Shown here: positions 1-10,713 of the stretch, piece by piece
Position numbering within the stretch: position 1 is the first letter of the stretch
How the letters are laid out: every line of letters starts with the position of its first letter
From: Mycobacterium tuberculosis H37Rv
GTDB taxonomy: Bacteria > Actinomycetota > Actinomycetes > Mycobacteriales > Mycobacteriaceae
Assembly: GCF_000195955.2 (NCBI RefSeq)
Contig: NC_000962.3
Span: 3,300,001-3,332,000 of the forward strand
Direction: 5' to 3'
DNA: 32,000 nucleotides
The notes under the pieces: generated by a model
What the model was told of the DNA's origin: nothing
Databases searched by the model: none
Seen by the model: the letters and a program-made list of their open reading frames with translations, nothing else
Made by a program: the position numbers and the translations under genes

Positions 1-570
1 CTGCCAGCGATCAGGTTCTTCATGCGGAGCATCTCGAAATACGCTTCGTAGAAAGTGCTCCGTCACCACCATGATCGGCTGGCCTCCGGAAATAACGCGA
101 TAACGGCGGGCAACGGCTCTCTTTCGGGAATTCTGATACCCGTGGAGCGCGAGCCAACCTGGCAAATCTCCGACCCAGACTTTAGCCTCTTCCTTGAAGG
201 TCTCGATGTGGCTGGCTGCCATAACCTCGCCGAGAGGATCGTTTGTCTGCGTCAACCTTGTTATAATTGCAGCCGGCAACCGATCAATCGCAATCAACGA
301 CTCCGCGGCTACAAATAAGTGTTCCGAGTTCCGACCTTTAAGTATGATGTACCGCTGCAGAACACGGCCGACCCCCACCTGCCCTAGCTGCTCGAATTCG
401 GATAGCTTCGGTGAAACATCGTGAATCCGCTGCTTGACGATTTGCACGATCACCTCATCGTCAGCGACAATGTTGAGAACCCTAGTGAGGGTGCCATTAG
501 CTGCTATCAGTATTCGAAGGTCACGATTGAGCTTTCGGATCTCTTGATCAGATAGAAAACACTCGGTCAT
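1..570 (-). CDS. Chorismate pyruvate-lyase (4-hydroxybenzoate synthase), Rv2949c-like; partial, C-terminus runs off the window start
   Basis: Manual reverse-strand translation from ATG at 570: MTECFLSDQEIRKLNRDLRILIAANGTLTRVLNIVADDEVIVQIVKQRIHDVSPKLSEFEQLGQVGVGRVLQRYIILKGRNSEHLF... It stays open to the window edge. It is absent from the ORF track, presumably because no stop codon lies in the window. Confidence 0.9.
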   Translation of the reverse strand, partial: MTECFLSDQEIRKLNRDLRILIAANGTLTRVLNIVADDEVIVQIVKQRIHDVSPKLSEFEQLGQVGVGRVLQRYIILKGRNSEHLFVAAESLIAIDRLPAAIITRLTQTNDPLGEVMAASHIETFKEEAKVWVGDLPGWLALHGYQNSRKRAVARRYRVISGGQPIMVVTEHFLRSVFRDAPHEEPDRWQ

Positions 571-595
571 ATTCTTCCCCCACATACATGCGCTG

Positions 596-2455
596 TTATG
601 CCATAGCATCTAGGCGGCTGAATTCGTGATGTAGGTAACGCTCAACGCTGGCCGAACGCCGAACCTTACCGCTGGTGGTGACCGGAATAGAACCCGGCGC
701 CACCATAACGACATCCGCGACGCGCAGACGATGTGACCTGGATATCGCGGAGGCGACTTCACGTTTGACGGTGCGGAGTCGATTCTTTTCCTCCTCATCT
801 GTGCGACCCCGCTTCATGAGTTCGATAATGGTTACCAGCTTTTCAGTACGGTCATCGGGCACCGCAATCGCCACAACCCGGCCGCCGGTGATTTCCTGGA
901 TCGTCGCCTCGATGTCTTCCGGATAGTGGTTGGCCCCATCCACCACCAACAGCTCCTTGATGCGACCCGTGATGAACAGTTCGCCCTCGAAAATGACGCC
1001 GAGGTCTCCGGTCCGCAGCCACGGACCTTCCGAAGTCCCGGGCGAGGGAGTGACGAGCCGCGCGCGGAACGTCGCCTCCGTCTGCTGCGGGTTGCGCCAG
1101 TAGCCCAAGCCGACGTTGTCTCCCTGCACCCAGATTTCGCCAACCGTCCCCGCGGGATTCTCCATCCTGGTTTCGGGGTCGACGATCCGCACGGTTGACG
1201 CCCGGGGAGCTCCATAACTCACCAGGTTGGCTCCCTCGCTGCCGTTCTCGGCACGCTTCGCCTGACCGACCGACAGCTGCTGGTAGTCAAAGCAAACACT
1301 CTTCGGCGCGCGTCCCGGTCCGGCGGTCGCCACGTACACCGTCGCCTCCGCGAGCCCATATGACGGCCGGATTGCCGTCTCGCTGAGGTTGAACGGGGCG
1401 AACCGCTCGGTGAAGCGCCGCAGCGTCGCGACGTTTACTCGTTCGGCGCCGGTGACGATCGTCCGCACATGCCCGAGGTCAAGTCCAGCCATATCGTCGT
1501 CGGATGTTCTGCGTACCGCCAATTCGAAACCGAAATTCGGTGCGCTGGAAATCTGTGCGCGGTGTTTGGCTAATAATTGCATCCAACGGGCCGGCCGCTG
1601 CAAGAATGCCATGGGACTCATCAACACCGCGGTGTCTTGATTGATCATCGGGAGAATGATGCCCAGCATCAACCCCATGTCGTGATAGAACGGCAGCCAC
1701 GATACGGGAGTTGACGGAACCTTTTCCGAATCCCCGATGTAATCGGACATTAGCTGTACGCAGTTGGTGATGACATTCTTGTGCGAGAGGACAACACCGG
1801 CCGGCGCGCGGGTCGAACCGGATGTGTACTGTAGATATGCTGTGCTCGGACGCTCGAACCGAGTCGGATCGAGCGCTCTGGATGAGCTCAAGTCCAGAGC
1901 GTCCACAGCCACGACGATGGGCGCGGACTGGCCCTGTGCGGCGCACGCATGTGGCGCATATGTCGTGACCTCGTCAATAACCGACGAGGTCGTAAGAATA
2001 ATGGACGGCGCAGAGTCTCGTAATGCCGAAGATATTCGTTCGTCGTGAATGCCGAATTGTGGCACCGGAAGAGGAACCGCAATGAGACCAGCCTGCAGCA
2101 CACCCATAAAGGCGATGATGTATTCAAGGCCCTGCGGGGCCAATATCGCGACCCGATCACCGCTTGACGCGTATATCCAGAGCTCCTCTGCCACGATCAT
2201 CGCTCGCCGGTGGACTTGCCACCACGTCACGGTTTCGGTGAAGCCAGCCGGATCCGTGTCATAGTCAATGAACTTGTACGCCGCGCGATTGGGGTACTGG
2301 CTCGCCGCCTTCTGTAGGAGATCAGCGAGCGACGACTCGCTCATAGCGAATCGCGATGTGCTCCCGTTCAGCGGTTGTGCCGCTTGCTCACCGGTGCCCC
2401 ATGCCGGTTGTGTCGCCACCTCGCCCGCGGCATGAAATGACGAGTTGGTTTTCAT
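596..2455 (-). CDS. fadD29: Long-chain fatty acid AMP ligase FadD29 (PGL biosynthesis)
   Basis: 619-aa ORF with the adenylate-forming motif YLQYTSGSTRAPAGVVLSHKNV and downstream LRTGDLGVIFEGELFITGR; its position next to the chorismate lyase and PGL genes fits. Confidence 0.95.
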   Translation of the reverse strand: MKTNSSFHAAGEVATQPAWGTGEQAAQPLNGSTSRFAMSESSLADLLQKAASQYPNRAAYKFIDYDTDPAGFTETVTWWQVHRRAMIVAEELWIYASSGDRVAILAPQGLEYIIAFMGVLQAGLIAVPLPVPQFGIHDERISSALRDSAPSIILTTSSVIDEVTTYAPHACAAQGQSAPIVVAVDALDLSSSRALDPTRFERPSTAYLQYTSGSTRAPAGVVLSHKNVITNCVQLMSDYIGDSEKVPSTPVSWLPFYHDMGLMLGIILPMINQDTAVLMSPMAFLQRPARWMQLLAKHRAQISSAPNFGFELAVRRTSDDDMAGLDLGHVRTIVTGAERVNVATLRRFTERFAPFNLSETAIRPSYGLAEATVYVATAGPGRAPKSVCFDYQQLSVGQAKRAENGSEGANLVSYGAPRASTVRIVDPETRMENPAGTVGEIWVQGDNVGLGYWRNPQQTEATFRARLVTPSPGTSEGPWLRTGDLGVIFEGELFITGRIKELLVVDGANHYPEDIEATIQEITGGRVVAIAVPDDRTEKLVTIIELMKRGRTDEEEKNRLRTVKREVASAISRSHRLRVADVVMVAPGSIPVTTSGKVRRSASVERYLHHEFSRLDAMA

Positions 2456-3102
2456 GGTCTTCCTTCAGCTATGGACGGCAGAGAGCAGACGGCTGCGCTG
2501 CCGCTTTCATACGAATCCGAGTCGGCGCATAGCGTCTGTACCTTGCCCGGGCTCGCGACGCGATTCGTTAAGGTCTCACGACCATAGCAGGTACGGGCCA
2601 CACCCGAGGGCCTAATGGGATTGACGGAATCGTCAGCCGCGGCGTCAGCGCTGGCTGCAGCCCCATTCGCGAAACACACCGTCGGGCTGGCTTCGCTAAG
2701 CCTAATGAGCACCGTCTTCGATGTCGACCTGCTGATCGTGCCGGAGCGAATTCGCCAGCGCCGTGCGATTCGTTCGATCCGGTCGCGACGGGTGGCACCC
2801 GCAGAGCGCTGTCAGACCCCACAGGTCACAGTTCAGAGACCGCAACCGACTGATCCCGCCGGTACACCGTGCCCCCACCAACACGAATCACGGCAAGCCC
2901 GTTGCGGCGAGGCCGAACCGAGTAACCGCTGATCAATGGCCTGACCTCAAGTCAGCTGAACGTGCGCACGGCTGACCTGTGGGCACTCTGGGAAATTCAC
3001 ATCGAGTTCCAAGCTCGACACGCCGAAATCGCCTGCCGCACGCCGCGATTGGCACGCCAGCCGCTGGGCCGGCTTACCCCATCTTCGCGAGAGTGGCGCA
3101 AA

Positions 3103-4248
3103 TCATAGCTTCTTGAGCCCGCGCAAAACCTTGGCGTGCGGCAGGACAGCCGTCACCGTCTTGCGCAGGCTGGGGTTAACCAAACTGCCGTTGATCAGCA
3201 CAACGTAGCGCAGCCCGTGATCTCGCCATTCCGCTACTTGATCGATGACTTCGTCAGGGGTTCCACTGAAGACGACTTCTTTCATAAGCGCAGCCGGGAC
3301 CTTGGCCGCGTAGGACAAAACCGTCTGTTTGTCCATGGTTTGCGGGATGATGTCCTGCACACCGGAGAAGTCGGCTCCCATTGGATGCTCGACGCCGTGA
3401 CGCGCCCAGGCTTCCCCAGGTACCCCGAGCGCGGTCATCTTCACAACGACAGATTCCAGCGCCTCTTCCACGTCGTCGCGATTCCGTCCAGTGATGATGC
3501 CGCGCACCGCCGCCGGAGTAATCGACATTGGGTCGCGTCCGGCATCGGACGCCGCGCTGCGCACCGCTTCGAGTGCGCGACTGTAGTCGCTGGGACGAAC
3601 CACAACAATGGGAATCCAGGCATCGGCGTAACGTCCGGTGGCCCGTAACATCCGCGGCCCGTGGGCCGCGACCCAGATTTCGGGCCATTTCCCACGGTAT
3701 GGCGGAAGGTCGAACAAGGCGTTATGTAACGGAAAGTATGGCGATTCACGTGAGATAAGCTCCCCGTTTGAATTCCACAACGCGCGAATGGTGGCCAGGG
3801 CTTCTTCGAACCGCGCCACCGGTTTGGTCCACTCCACACCGTAGGGCTCGTTGCCTTCACGTTCCCCGACACCGATACCCAATATGGCTCGGCCTCGGGT
3901 AAGCAAGTGCAAAGTCGCGGCAGCCTGGGCTGTGACCGCTGGATTGCGCCGACCTGCATCGGTCACGCACACGCCCAGTCGCAGACGGCTGGGCAACCCG
4001 AAGGCGAGGTTTCCAAGCATCGTCCACGGTTCGTAATTGGCATCGATCTTGGGCACGAATTTCGCCGCAATTCCGAGATATTCGGAAGTCGCAATCGAGC
4101 GCGGCACCAGCGCATTCAGATGGTCGCCGACCCAATACGAGTCGGCGCCCATCACGGTGGCGGCCGCCATGCTAGACCGTGCCGGCAGGGTCGGCGGCAA
4201 CCGCGAGTGCACGAGGGCATCAACAAAACCGAAACGAAGTCCGCCCAC
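3103..4248 (-). CDS. Phthiodiolone/phenolphthiodiolone dimycocerosates ketoreductase (F420-dependent luciferase-like family), Rv2951c-like
   Basis: 381-aa ORF with luciferase-like features ([31 protein letters not shown]); locus context. Confidence 0.92.
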   Translation of the reverse strand: MGGLRFGFVDALVHSRLPPTLPARSSMAAATVMGADSYWVGDHLNALVPRSIATSEYLGIAAKFVPKIDANYEPWTMLGNLAFGLPSRLRLGVCVTDAGRRNPAVTAQAAATLHLLTRGRAILGIGVGEREGNEPYGVEWTKPVARFEEALATIRALWNSNGELISRESPYFPLHNALFDLPPYRGKWPEIWVAAHGPRMLRATGRYADAWIPIVVVRPSDYSRALEAVRSAASDAGRDPMSITPAAVRGIITGRNRDDVEEALESVVVKMTALGVPGEAWARHGVEHPMGADFSGVQDIIPQTMDKQTVLSYAAKVPAALMKEVVFSGTPDEVIDQVAEWRDHGLRYVVLINGSLVNPSLRKTVTAVLPHAKVLRGLKKL

Positions 4249-4440
4249 GCCTACCCCTTGTCTACTACGCTGTTGACCAACGTCATGGCTAGGAACGCTA
4301 CCTCAGCGAGTCATGTCCGCGCGGTCGCGCGTTGAGCAACACCGGGGTCGGATGTCATGGCATCGACCGCGGGCTCGGTGTTGCGCCAACTTCTCTTCTG
4401 ACGCATCGCTCGTACATACTGTCTGCCATACTCCTTGCCC

Positions 4441-5253
4441 ATGGCCTTCAGTCGAACCCACAGCCTCCTCGCCCGCGCGGGCAGTACCTCGACCTACAAG
4501 AGAGTTTGGCGGTACTGGTACCCGTTGATGACGCGCGGACTCGGTAACGACGAAATCGTGTTCATCAACTGGGCCTATGAGGAAGATCCGCCGATGGACC
4601 TGCCACTGGAGGCATCCGACGAGCCCAACCGAGCCCACATCAACCTGTACCACCGCACCGCGACCCAGGTCGATCTGGGCGGCAAGCAGGTGCTGGAGGT
4701 CAGTTGCGGACACGGCGGCGGAGCCTCTTACCTCACACGCACGTTGCACCCGGCCTCCTACACCGGCCTGGACTTGAACCAGGCGGGAATCAAGTTGTGC
4801 AAGAAACGACACCGGCTGCCTGGTTTGGACTTCGTGCGAGGTGACGCCGAAAACCTGCCCTTCGACGACGAATCCTTCGATGTTGTGCTCAATGTCGAAG
4901 CCTCGCACTGTTACCCGCACTTTCGGCGTTTCCTCGCCGAGGTGGTTCGCGTGCTGCGCCCAGGAGGGTACTTCCCATACGCCGACCTGCGCCCCAACAA
5001 TGAGATCGCCGCATGGGAGGCCGACCTCGCTGCTACCCCGCTGCGGCAACTGTCGCAGCGGCAAATCAACGCCGAAGTGCTGCGCGGCATCGGAAACAAT
5101 TCACAGAAGTCACGGGACCTGGTCGACCGCCATTTGCCGGCCTTCCTGCGTTTCGCGGGCCGCGAATTCATCGGTGTGCAGGGCACGCAGCTGTCCCGCT
5201 ACCTGGAAGGCGGGGAACTCTCGTACCGGATGTACTGCTTCACCAAGGACTGA
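4441..5253 (+). CDS. Phthiotriol/phenolphthiotriol dimycocerosates methyltransferase, Rv2952-like
   Basis: About 270-aa ORF with SAM-methyltransferase motif [15 protein letters not shown] and [19 protein letters not shown] at 4441 preferred over the upstream TTG at 4435. Confidence 0.92.
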
Positions 5254-5278
5254 GCCAGTTTCGGGTAATGTCGCCCGG

Positions 5279-6535
5279 ATGAGCCCAGCTGAGCGCGAGT
5301 TCGACATCGTTCTATATGGCGCCACCGGCTTCTCCGGCAAGCTGACCGCCGAACACCTCGCTCACAGCGGGTCAACAGCACGGATCGCATTGGCCGGTCG
5401 GTCAAGCGAACGGCTGCGGGGCGTGCGGATGATGTTGGGCCCGAACGCAGCGGACTGGCCGCTGATCCTCGCCGACGCATCCCAACCCTTGACGCTCGAG
5501 GCGATGGCCGCGCGGGCCCAGGTGGTGCTGACCACGGTCGGCCCCTACACGCGTTACGGCCTGCCGCTGGTGGCGGCCTGCGCGAAGGCCGGAACCGACT
5601 ATGCCGACCTGACTGGCGAGTTGATGTTCTGCCGAAACAGCATCGATCTGTACCACAAACAAGCCGCCGACACGGGCGCCCGGATAATCCTGGCGTGCGG
5701 ATTCGATTCGATCCCTTCGGATTTGAACGTGTATCAGCTGTACCGTCGGTCCGTCGAGGACGGCACCGGTGAACTGTGTGACACCGACCTCGTGCTGCGT
5801 TCATTCTCGCAACGCTGGGTCTCCGGCGGCTCGGTAGCAACGTATTCCGAAGCAATGCGCACGGCATCCAGCGACCCCGAGGCCCGTCGGCTCGTCACCG
5901 ACCCGTACACGCTGACCACGGACCGGGGCGCCGAACCCGAACTTGGTGCGCAGCCGGATTTTCTTCGGCGTCCAGGACGTGATCTGGCGCCCGAACTTGC
6001 CGGCTTCTGGACCGGCGGGTTTGTGCAGGCTCCGTTTAACACTCGAATCGTTCGGCGTAGCAACGCATTACAGGAGTGGGCTTATGGCCGGCGGTTCCGC
6101 TACTCGGAAACAATGAGTCTGGGAAAGTCGATGGCGGCGCCGATTCTCGCCGCAGCCGTCACCGGCACTGTGGCGGGCACCATCGGGTTGGGGAATAAGT
6201 ATTTCGACCGACTACCCCGACGATTAGTGGAGCGCGTCACGCCAAAGCCAGGCACCGGTCCGAGCCGGAAAACGCAAGAGCGGGGCCATTACACCTTCGA
6301 GACGTACACCACCACGACGACCGGTGCCCGCTACAGGGCGACTTTCGCGCACAACGTCGACGCGTACAAGTCGACCGCGGTGTTGCTCGCGCAGAGTGGT
6401 CTGGCGCTGGCGCTCGATCGCGATCGGCTCGCCGAGCTGCGGGGGGTGCTCACTCCCGCAGCGGCGATGGGCGATGCGTTGTTGGCGCGCCTCCCGGGCG
6501 CCGGCGTGGTCATGGGAACGACCAGGCTGAGCTAA
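5279..6535 (+). CDS. Trans-acting enoyl reductase (saccharopine dehydrogenase-like fold), Rv2953-like
   Basis: The 564-aa open frame contains a natural start at ATG 5279 (MSPAEREFDIVLYGATGFSGKLTAEHL), giving 418 aa with an N-terminal Rossmann-type motif. Confidence 0.92.
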   Translation: MSPAEREFDIVLYGATGFSGKLTAEHLAHSGSTARIALAGRSSERLRGVRMMLGPNAADWPLILADASQPLTLEAMAARAQVVLTTVGPYTRYGLPLVAACAKAGTDYADLTGELMFCRNSIDLYHKQAADTGARIILACGFDSIPSDLNVYQLYRRSVEDGTGELCDTDLVLRSFSQRWVSGGSVATYSEAMRTASSDPEARRLVTDPYTLTTDRGAEPELGAQPDFLRRPGRDLAPELAGFWTGGFVQAPFNTRIVRRSNALQEWAYGRRFRYSETMSLGKSMAAPILAAAVTGTVAGTIGLGNKYFDRLPRRLVERVTPKPGTGPSRKTQERGHYTFETYTTTTTGARYRATFAHNVDAYKSTAVLLAQSGLALALDRDRLAELRGVLTPAAAMGDALLARLPGAGVVMGTTRLS

Positions 6536-6665
6536 CATCTCCACCCCGGCCGCCAGCAAGATTAGCTATGCCATGGGCACATTAGCCCAATCCTGTTCTC
6601 CCAGATCTGGGCCTTTGCCGCCGAGAATCAAACTCCTGACGACAACCCACGTTCACATGTGGGCT

Positions 6666-7391
6666 TCAGCACCGGCGCTGCACCATCGGAAGCTCCTCGA
6701 CCAGGGTCGGCAGGTTCAGCGGAGCCCGCGAAGCGACAAACACCGCACGAGCCAAACCTGTGGAAGCTATCGGTCCGTTCGCCCGCCAATCCAGTGGAAA
6801 CTGCCGGTGCCGGGGCTGCGTAGCGGTCACATATACGTGCGGCATCTTCTCCCTCAGTCGGTTCATCACCCACACGCGCGAAGGCCGACACCCCGTGCCG
6901 GTTATCGCCTGGCTCGGCGAGGAAGCCCTCTCACTAACCAGAAAAGGCTCGTCTTCGCCGGAATAGCTCACGCATGTCTCCAGCAGCAGAAGGTCCACTG
7001 CGCGGTCACACATCCACGCCAGCGCCTCGGCAGGACGGGAGAGGTGGTAGAGCACTCCATAGCAGTACACCACGTCGTATTGGTGCGCTTCTGCTGGGAG
7101 ATCGCCGTCGAGATCTAGGTGGTCGACTGTGACATTGGGATTGGACCCGAAGCGTTGGCGAATGACATCCAGATTCTCCCCCCGGGGCTCGGTGCAGAGC
7201 ACCTTGCACCCGCGGTCGAGGAAGAACTGCGTGTGATCGCCGATCCCGGCACCAACCTCCAGCACGCTCTTGTTGCCGAGGTCGAGCCCCAGCGTGGCCA
7301 GGTGCTCCTGACGGCGGGCGTTGTGCCGAAGGTAAAAGATGCTGTGAAAATGCCGTTCCGCAGTCGGGCGCAACATGCCGGGGAGTCGCAT
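6666..7391 (-). CDS. SAM-dependent methyltransferase (PGL fucosyl O-methylation), Rv2954c-like
   Basis: KSVLEVGAGIGDHTQFFLDRGCKVLCTEPRGENL motif. The track ORF starts at 7550, but 7391 (MRLPGMLRPTAERH..., 241 aa) is the more likely start. Confidence 0.85.
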   Translation of the reverse strand: MRLPGMLRPTAERHFHSIFYLRHNARRQEHLATLGLDLGNKSVLEVGAGIGDHTQFFLDRGCKVLCTEPRGENLDVIRQRFGSNPNVTVDHLDLDGDLPAEAHQYDVVYCYGVLYHLSRPAEALAWMCDRAVDLLLLETCVSYSGEDEPFLVSERASSPSQAITGTGCRPSRVWVMNRLREKMPHVYVTATQPRHRQFPLDWRANGPIASTGLARAVFVASRAPLNLPTLVEELPMVQRRC

Positions 7392-7579
7392 CAGGCGAGG
7401 ATAGCGCACCTCGCCGAGGAGAAACGCTCGCCGATGGCTATCGAGCTGCTGACACGTCTGCGGCCCCAGCGTATCGACCTCCTCGAGCCCACGCCCGCTT
7501 GGCCCTGGACGCCACCGCCACCCAGCAGCGCAAACGCCCGGGGCAAGCACTCGAGGTAGAGAGCGGCAGCCGGCGCCAG

Positions 7580-8545
7580 CTATCCCTTCCGGCTCGGAAT
7601 AAAGAAGTAGCAGTACCGGTCGTCGCGGTGCCGTTGGTAGGGCTGCAGCCCCGCATCGTCGGCGTAGACGAACGGTTCGTAACCGTACGCGCGGATGTCC
7701 GCAATGGTCCGTTCCGGGTCCGGATTAGAGGCGGCGCCCCCGTAGATCTCCACCAGCAGGACCGGGCGATCGCGCCGCAGAAGCTCCGCGGCGCCCGCGA
7801 TGACCGCGCGCTCGAGGCCCTCAACGTCGATCTTCAGCAGACCCACCGGGAGGGGCAGCTCGGCGGCGAGCGCGTCCAGCGTGGTACACGGCACCCGTGT
7901 CCGCTCGCGAATCCGAATTCGTCCCGTGTCGTTTAGCGAACTGAAGGCGCTGTCGGCCGCCACGAAAAAGTCGACCTCGCCGACCGCGTCCCCGGCGGCC
8001 GTCCGCAGCGTGCGGATGCGGTCTTGCAGGCCGTTGGCGGCCACGTTGGCCTCCAACCGCGAATGGGTGCCCGGCGCCGGCTCCAGGGCTACCACCGGGG
8101 CTAACCTCGCCCAGGCCAGGCTGTGTATGCCGACGTTGGCTCCGACGTCGAGGATGCAGCGGTCTGGGTAGAGCGCGGAATAGAGCGCCGCCGCGATGTC
8201 GATCTCGGTCTCCTCGAACCCGCCGGTCAACCGAACGATCCACGCGATGGCCGACCCCGGCTCAAGGGTGACCTGGAGGCCGCGCCAATACCAGGGGGCC
8301 AGCCGCCACCGATGGGGGGGCAAGCCAAACGGCCGCCAGCGTTGCAGGCTTCGAACGAGGCGGTTTGGCATGGCGCACTCTAACATCCGGATCGCCCGCA
8401 TCCGGTAGGTCGGCCGTTGAGCTCCGAGGTTCTCGAAACAACCAGTGGTGCCCAGATCCAAAGGGCGCCAACGCCGCTGGCCCTTCGCCGGCCCAAGCCG
8501 TCTGCACACTACCACCCGCATCAGGCGCACATCTTGGAACTGCAC
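7580..8545 (-). CDS. FkbM-family methyltransferase (PGL sugar O-methylation), Rv2955c-like
   Basis: CILDVGANVGIHSLAWARLAPVVALEPAPGTHSRLEANV and LLKIDVEGLERAVIAGA motifs. Track ORF is 324 aa from 8554; GTG at 8545 gives 321 aa. Confidence 0.87.
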   Translation of the reverse strand: MQFQDVRLMRVVVCRRLGPAKGQRRWRPLDLGTTGCFENLGAQRPTYRMRAIRMLECAMPNRLVRSLQRWRPFGLPPHRWRLAPWYWRGLQVTLEPGSAIAWIVRLTGGFEETEIDIAAALYSALYPDRCILDVGANVGIHSLAWARLAPVVALEPAPGTHSRLEANVAANGLQDRIRTLRTAAGDAVGEVDFFVAADSAFSSLNDTGRIRIRERTRVPCTTLDALAAELPLPVGLLKIDVEGLERAVIAGAAELLRRDRPVLLVEIYGGAASNPDPERTIADIRAYGYEPFVYADDAGLQPYQRHRDDRYCYFFIPSRKG

Positions 8546-8667
8546 CAGGTCCAATCGTCAGCAGCGCCTGGCGTTGTGACCGAACCTCGGGTCCGCAGAC
8601 CCACTGCAATGTTGCGCGACCCAAACTATCCCCCGGGGCGGAGTATTTAGCGTGTTAGTGTTGCACA

Positions 8668-9399
8668 GTGAAATCGTTGAAACTCGCTCGTTTCATCGCG
8701 CGTAGCGCCGCCTTCGAGGTTTCGCGCCGCTATTCTGAGCGAGACCTGAAGCACCAGTTTGTGAAGCAACTCAAATCGCGTCGGGTAGATGTCGTTTTCG
8801 ATGTCGGCGCCAACTCAGGACAATACGCCGCCGGCCTCCGCCGAGCAGCATATAAGGGCCGCATTGTCTCGTTCGAACCGCTATCCGGACCGTTTACGAT
8901 CTTGGAAAGCAAAGCGTCAACGGATCCACTTTGGGATTGCCGGCAGCATGCGTTGGGCGATTCTGATGGAACGGTTACGATCAATATCGCAGGAAACGCC
9001 GGTCAGAGCAGTTCCGTCTTGCCCATGCTGAAAAGTCATCAGAACGCTTTTCCCCCGGCAAACTATGTCGGTACCCAAGAGGCGTCCATACATCGACTTG
9101 ATTCCGTGGCGCCAGAATTTCTAGGCATGAACGGTGTCGCTTTTCTCAAGGTCGACGTTCAAGGCTTTGAAAAGCAGGTGCTCGCCGGGGGCAAATCAAC
9201 CATAGATGACCATTGCGTCGGCATGCAACTCGAACTGTCCTTCCTGCCGTTGTACGAAGGTGGCATGCTCATTCCTGAAGCCCTCGATCTCGTGTATTCC
9301 TTGGGCTTCACGTTGACGGGATTGCTGCCTTGTTTCATTGATGCAAATAATGGTCGAATGTTGCAGGCCGACGGCATCTTTTTCCGCGAGGACGATTGA
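8668..9399 (+). CDS. FkbM-family methyltransferase (PGL fucosyl O-methylation), Rv2956-like
   Basis: 243-aa ORF with VVFDVGANSGQYAAGLRRAAYKGRIVSFEPLSGPF and VAFLKVDVQGFEKQVLAGG. Confidence 0.92.
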   Translation: MKSLKLARFIARSAAFEVSRRYSERDLKHQFVKQLKSRRVDVVFDVGANSGQYAAGLRRAAYKGRIVSFEPLSGPFTILESKASTDPLWDCRQHALGDSDGTVTINIAGNAGQSSSVLPMLKSHQNAFPPANYVGTQEASIHRLDSVAPEFLGMNGVAFLKVDVQGFEKQVLAGGKSTIDDHCVGMQLELSFLPLYEGGMLIPEALDLVYSLGFTLTGLLPCFIDANNGRMLQADGIFFREDD

Positions 9400-9469
9400 T
9401 TGGAATCGCTTCGCGAGGCCCGGCACCAGACCGGGCACCAGAGGTCCGCGCAGATCGCCTGGGTCGAAG

Positions 9470-10297
9470 ATGGTGCAGACGAAACGATACGCCGGCTTGA
9501 CCGCAGCTAACACAAAGAAAGTCGCCATGGCCGCACCAATGTTTTCGATCATCATCCCCACCTTGAACGTGGCTGCGGTATTGCCTGCCTGCCTCGACAG
9601 CATCGCCCGTCAGACCTGCGGTGACTTCGAGCTGGTACTGGTCGACGGCGGCTCGACGGACGAAACCCTCGACATCGCCAACATTTTCGCCCCCAACCTC
9701 GGCGAGCGGTTGATCATTCATCGCGACACCGACCAGGGCGTCTACGACGCCATGAACCGCGGCGTGGACCTGGCCACCGGAACGTGGTTGCTCTTTCTGG
9801 GCGCGGACGACAGCCTGTACGAGGCTGACACCCTGGCGCGGGTGGCCGCCTTCATTGGCGAACACGAGCCCAGCGATCTGGTATATGGCGACGTGATCAT
9901 GCGCTCAACCAATTTCCGCTGGGGTGGCGCCTTCGACCTCGACCGTCTGTTGTTCAAGCGCAACATCTGCCATCAGGCGATCTTCTACCGCCGCGGACTC
10001 TTCGGCACCATCGGTCCCTACAACCTCCGCTACCGGGTCCTGGCCGACTGGGACTTCAATATTCGCTGCTTTTCCAACCCAGCGCTCGTCACCCGCTACA
10101 TGCACGTGGTCGTTGCAAGCTACAACGAATTCGGCGGGCTCAGCAATACGATCGTCGACAAGGAGTTTTTGAAGCGGCTGCCGATGTCCACGAGACTCGG
10201 CATAAGGCTGGTCATAGTTCTGGTGCGCAGGTGGCCAAAGGTGATCAGCAGGGCCATGGTAATGCGCACCGTCATTTCTTGGCGGCGCCGACGTTAG
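9470..10297 (+). CDS. GT2-type glycosyltransferase (PGL glycosylation), Rv2957-like
   Basis: FSIIIPTLNVAAVLPACLDSIARQTCGDFELVLVDGGSTDETLDIA is a classic GT-A N-terminus. ATG at 9470 gives 275 aa within the 319-aa track ORF. Confidence 0.92.
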   Translation: MVQTKRYAGLTAANTKKVAMAAPMFSIIIPTLNVAAVLPACLDSIARQTCGDFELVLVDGGSTDETLDIANIFAPNLGERLIIHRDTDQGVYDAMNRGVDLATGTWLLFLGADDSLYEADTLARVAAFIGEHEPSDLVYGDVIMRSTNFRWGGAFDLDRLLFKRNICHQAIFYRRGLFGTIGPYNLRYRVLADWDFNIRCFSNPALVTRYMHVVVASYNEFGGLSNTIVDKEFLKRLPMSTRLGIRLVIVLVRRWPKVISRAMVMRTVISWRRRR

Positions 10298-10444
10298 CGC
10301 GATACCACCGCAACGTTGACTCGATGCCCTTGGGCGGCGTGATCTTGGGTGGCCAACCCGCCTCTTGCAAGACCGACACGTCTAACAGCTTGCGTGGTGC
10401 GGCGCCTGTCAAGCTCTTTGCGCCAGTGTCTCATTATGTGGACG

Positions 10445-10651
10445 CTATTTCGGATCTGGGGTGGGCGGGTTGATCCATGCCGCGGTCGCCGGTTTCGGGG
10501 GTTGCGGTGAGACGCCGAATGGATTCGGGTTGGCCGAGTAGGCGTTGGCCATGGCCGCGCCCATGTGGCCTGGCCAGGTGCGGGCGTGTTCGATCGAATC
10601 GAACCGTTCAGGAGAGTCGTTGCGGTACTTCAGCGTTTTGAACTGCGACAC
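10445..10651 (-). pseudogene. Degraded IS3-type transposase/integrase C-terminal remnant with an internal deletion
   Basis: The 68-aa ORF contains SQFKTLKYRNDSPERFDSIEHARTW joined directly to ANAYSANPNPFGVSPQPPKPATAAWINPP. These resemble two separated conserved stretches near the C-terminus of mycobacterial IS3-like integrases; the intervening WYN.EHRHSGIG block is missing. Confidence 0.75.
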
Positions 10652-10713
10652 GCTCCCGAATCAGGTGCTCGACCGGACATCCGTTGGCTAGCCGGCGATA
10701 TCGTGGGCACCCT

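Noticed and set aside
2456-3102. Several 60-105 aa ORFs between fadD29 and the ketoreductase gene
   Set aside because: No motifs or convincing ribosome-binding arrangement; better treated as a 647-bp intergenic region that may hold the fadD29 promoter.
4303-5064. 253-aa minus-strand ORF antisense to the Rv2952-like methyltransferase
   Set aside because: The plus strand has a clear SAM-methyltransferase signature; the antisense frame has no support.
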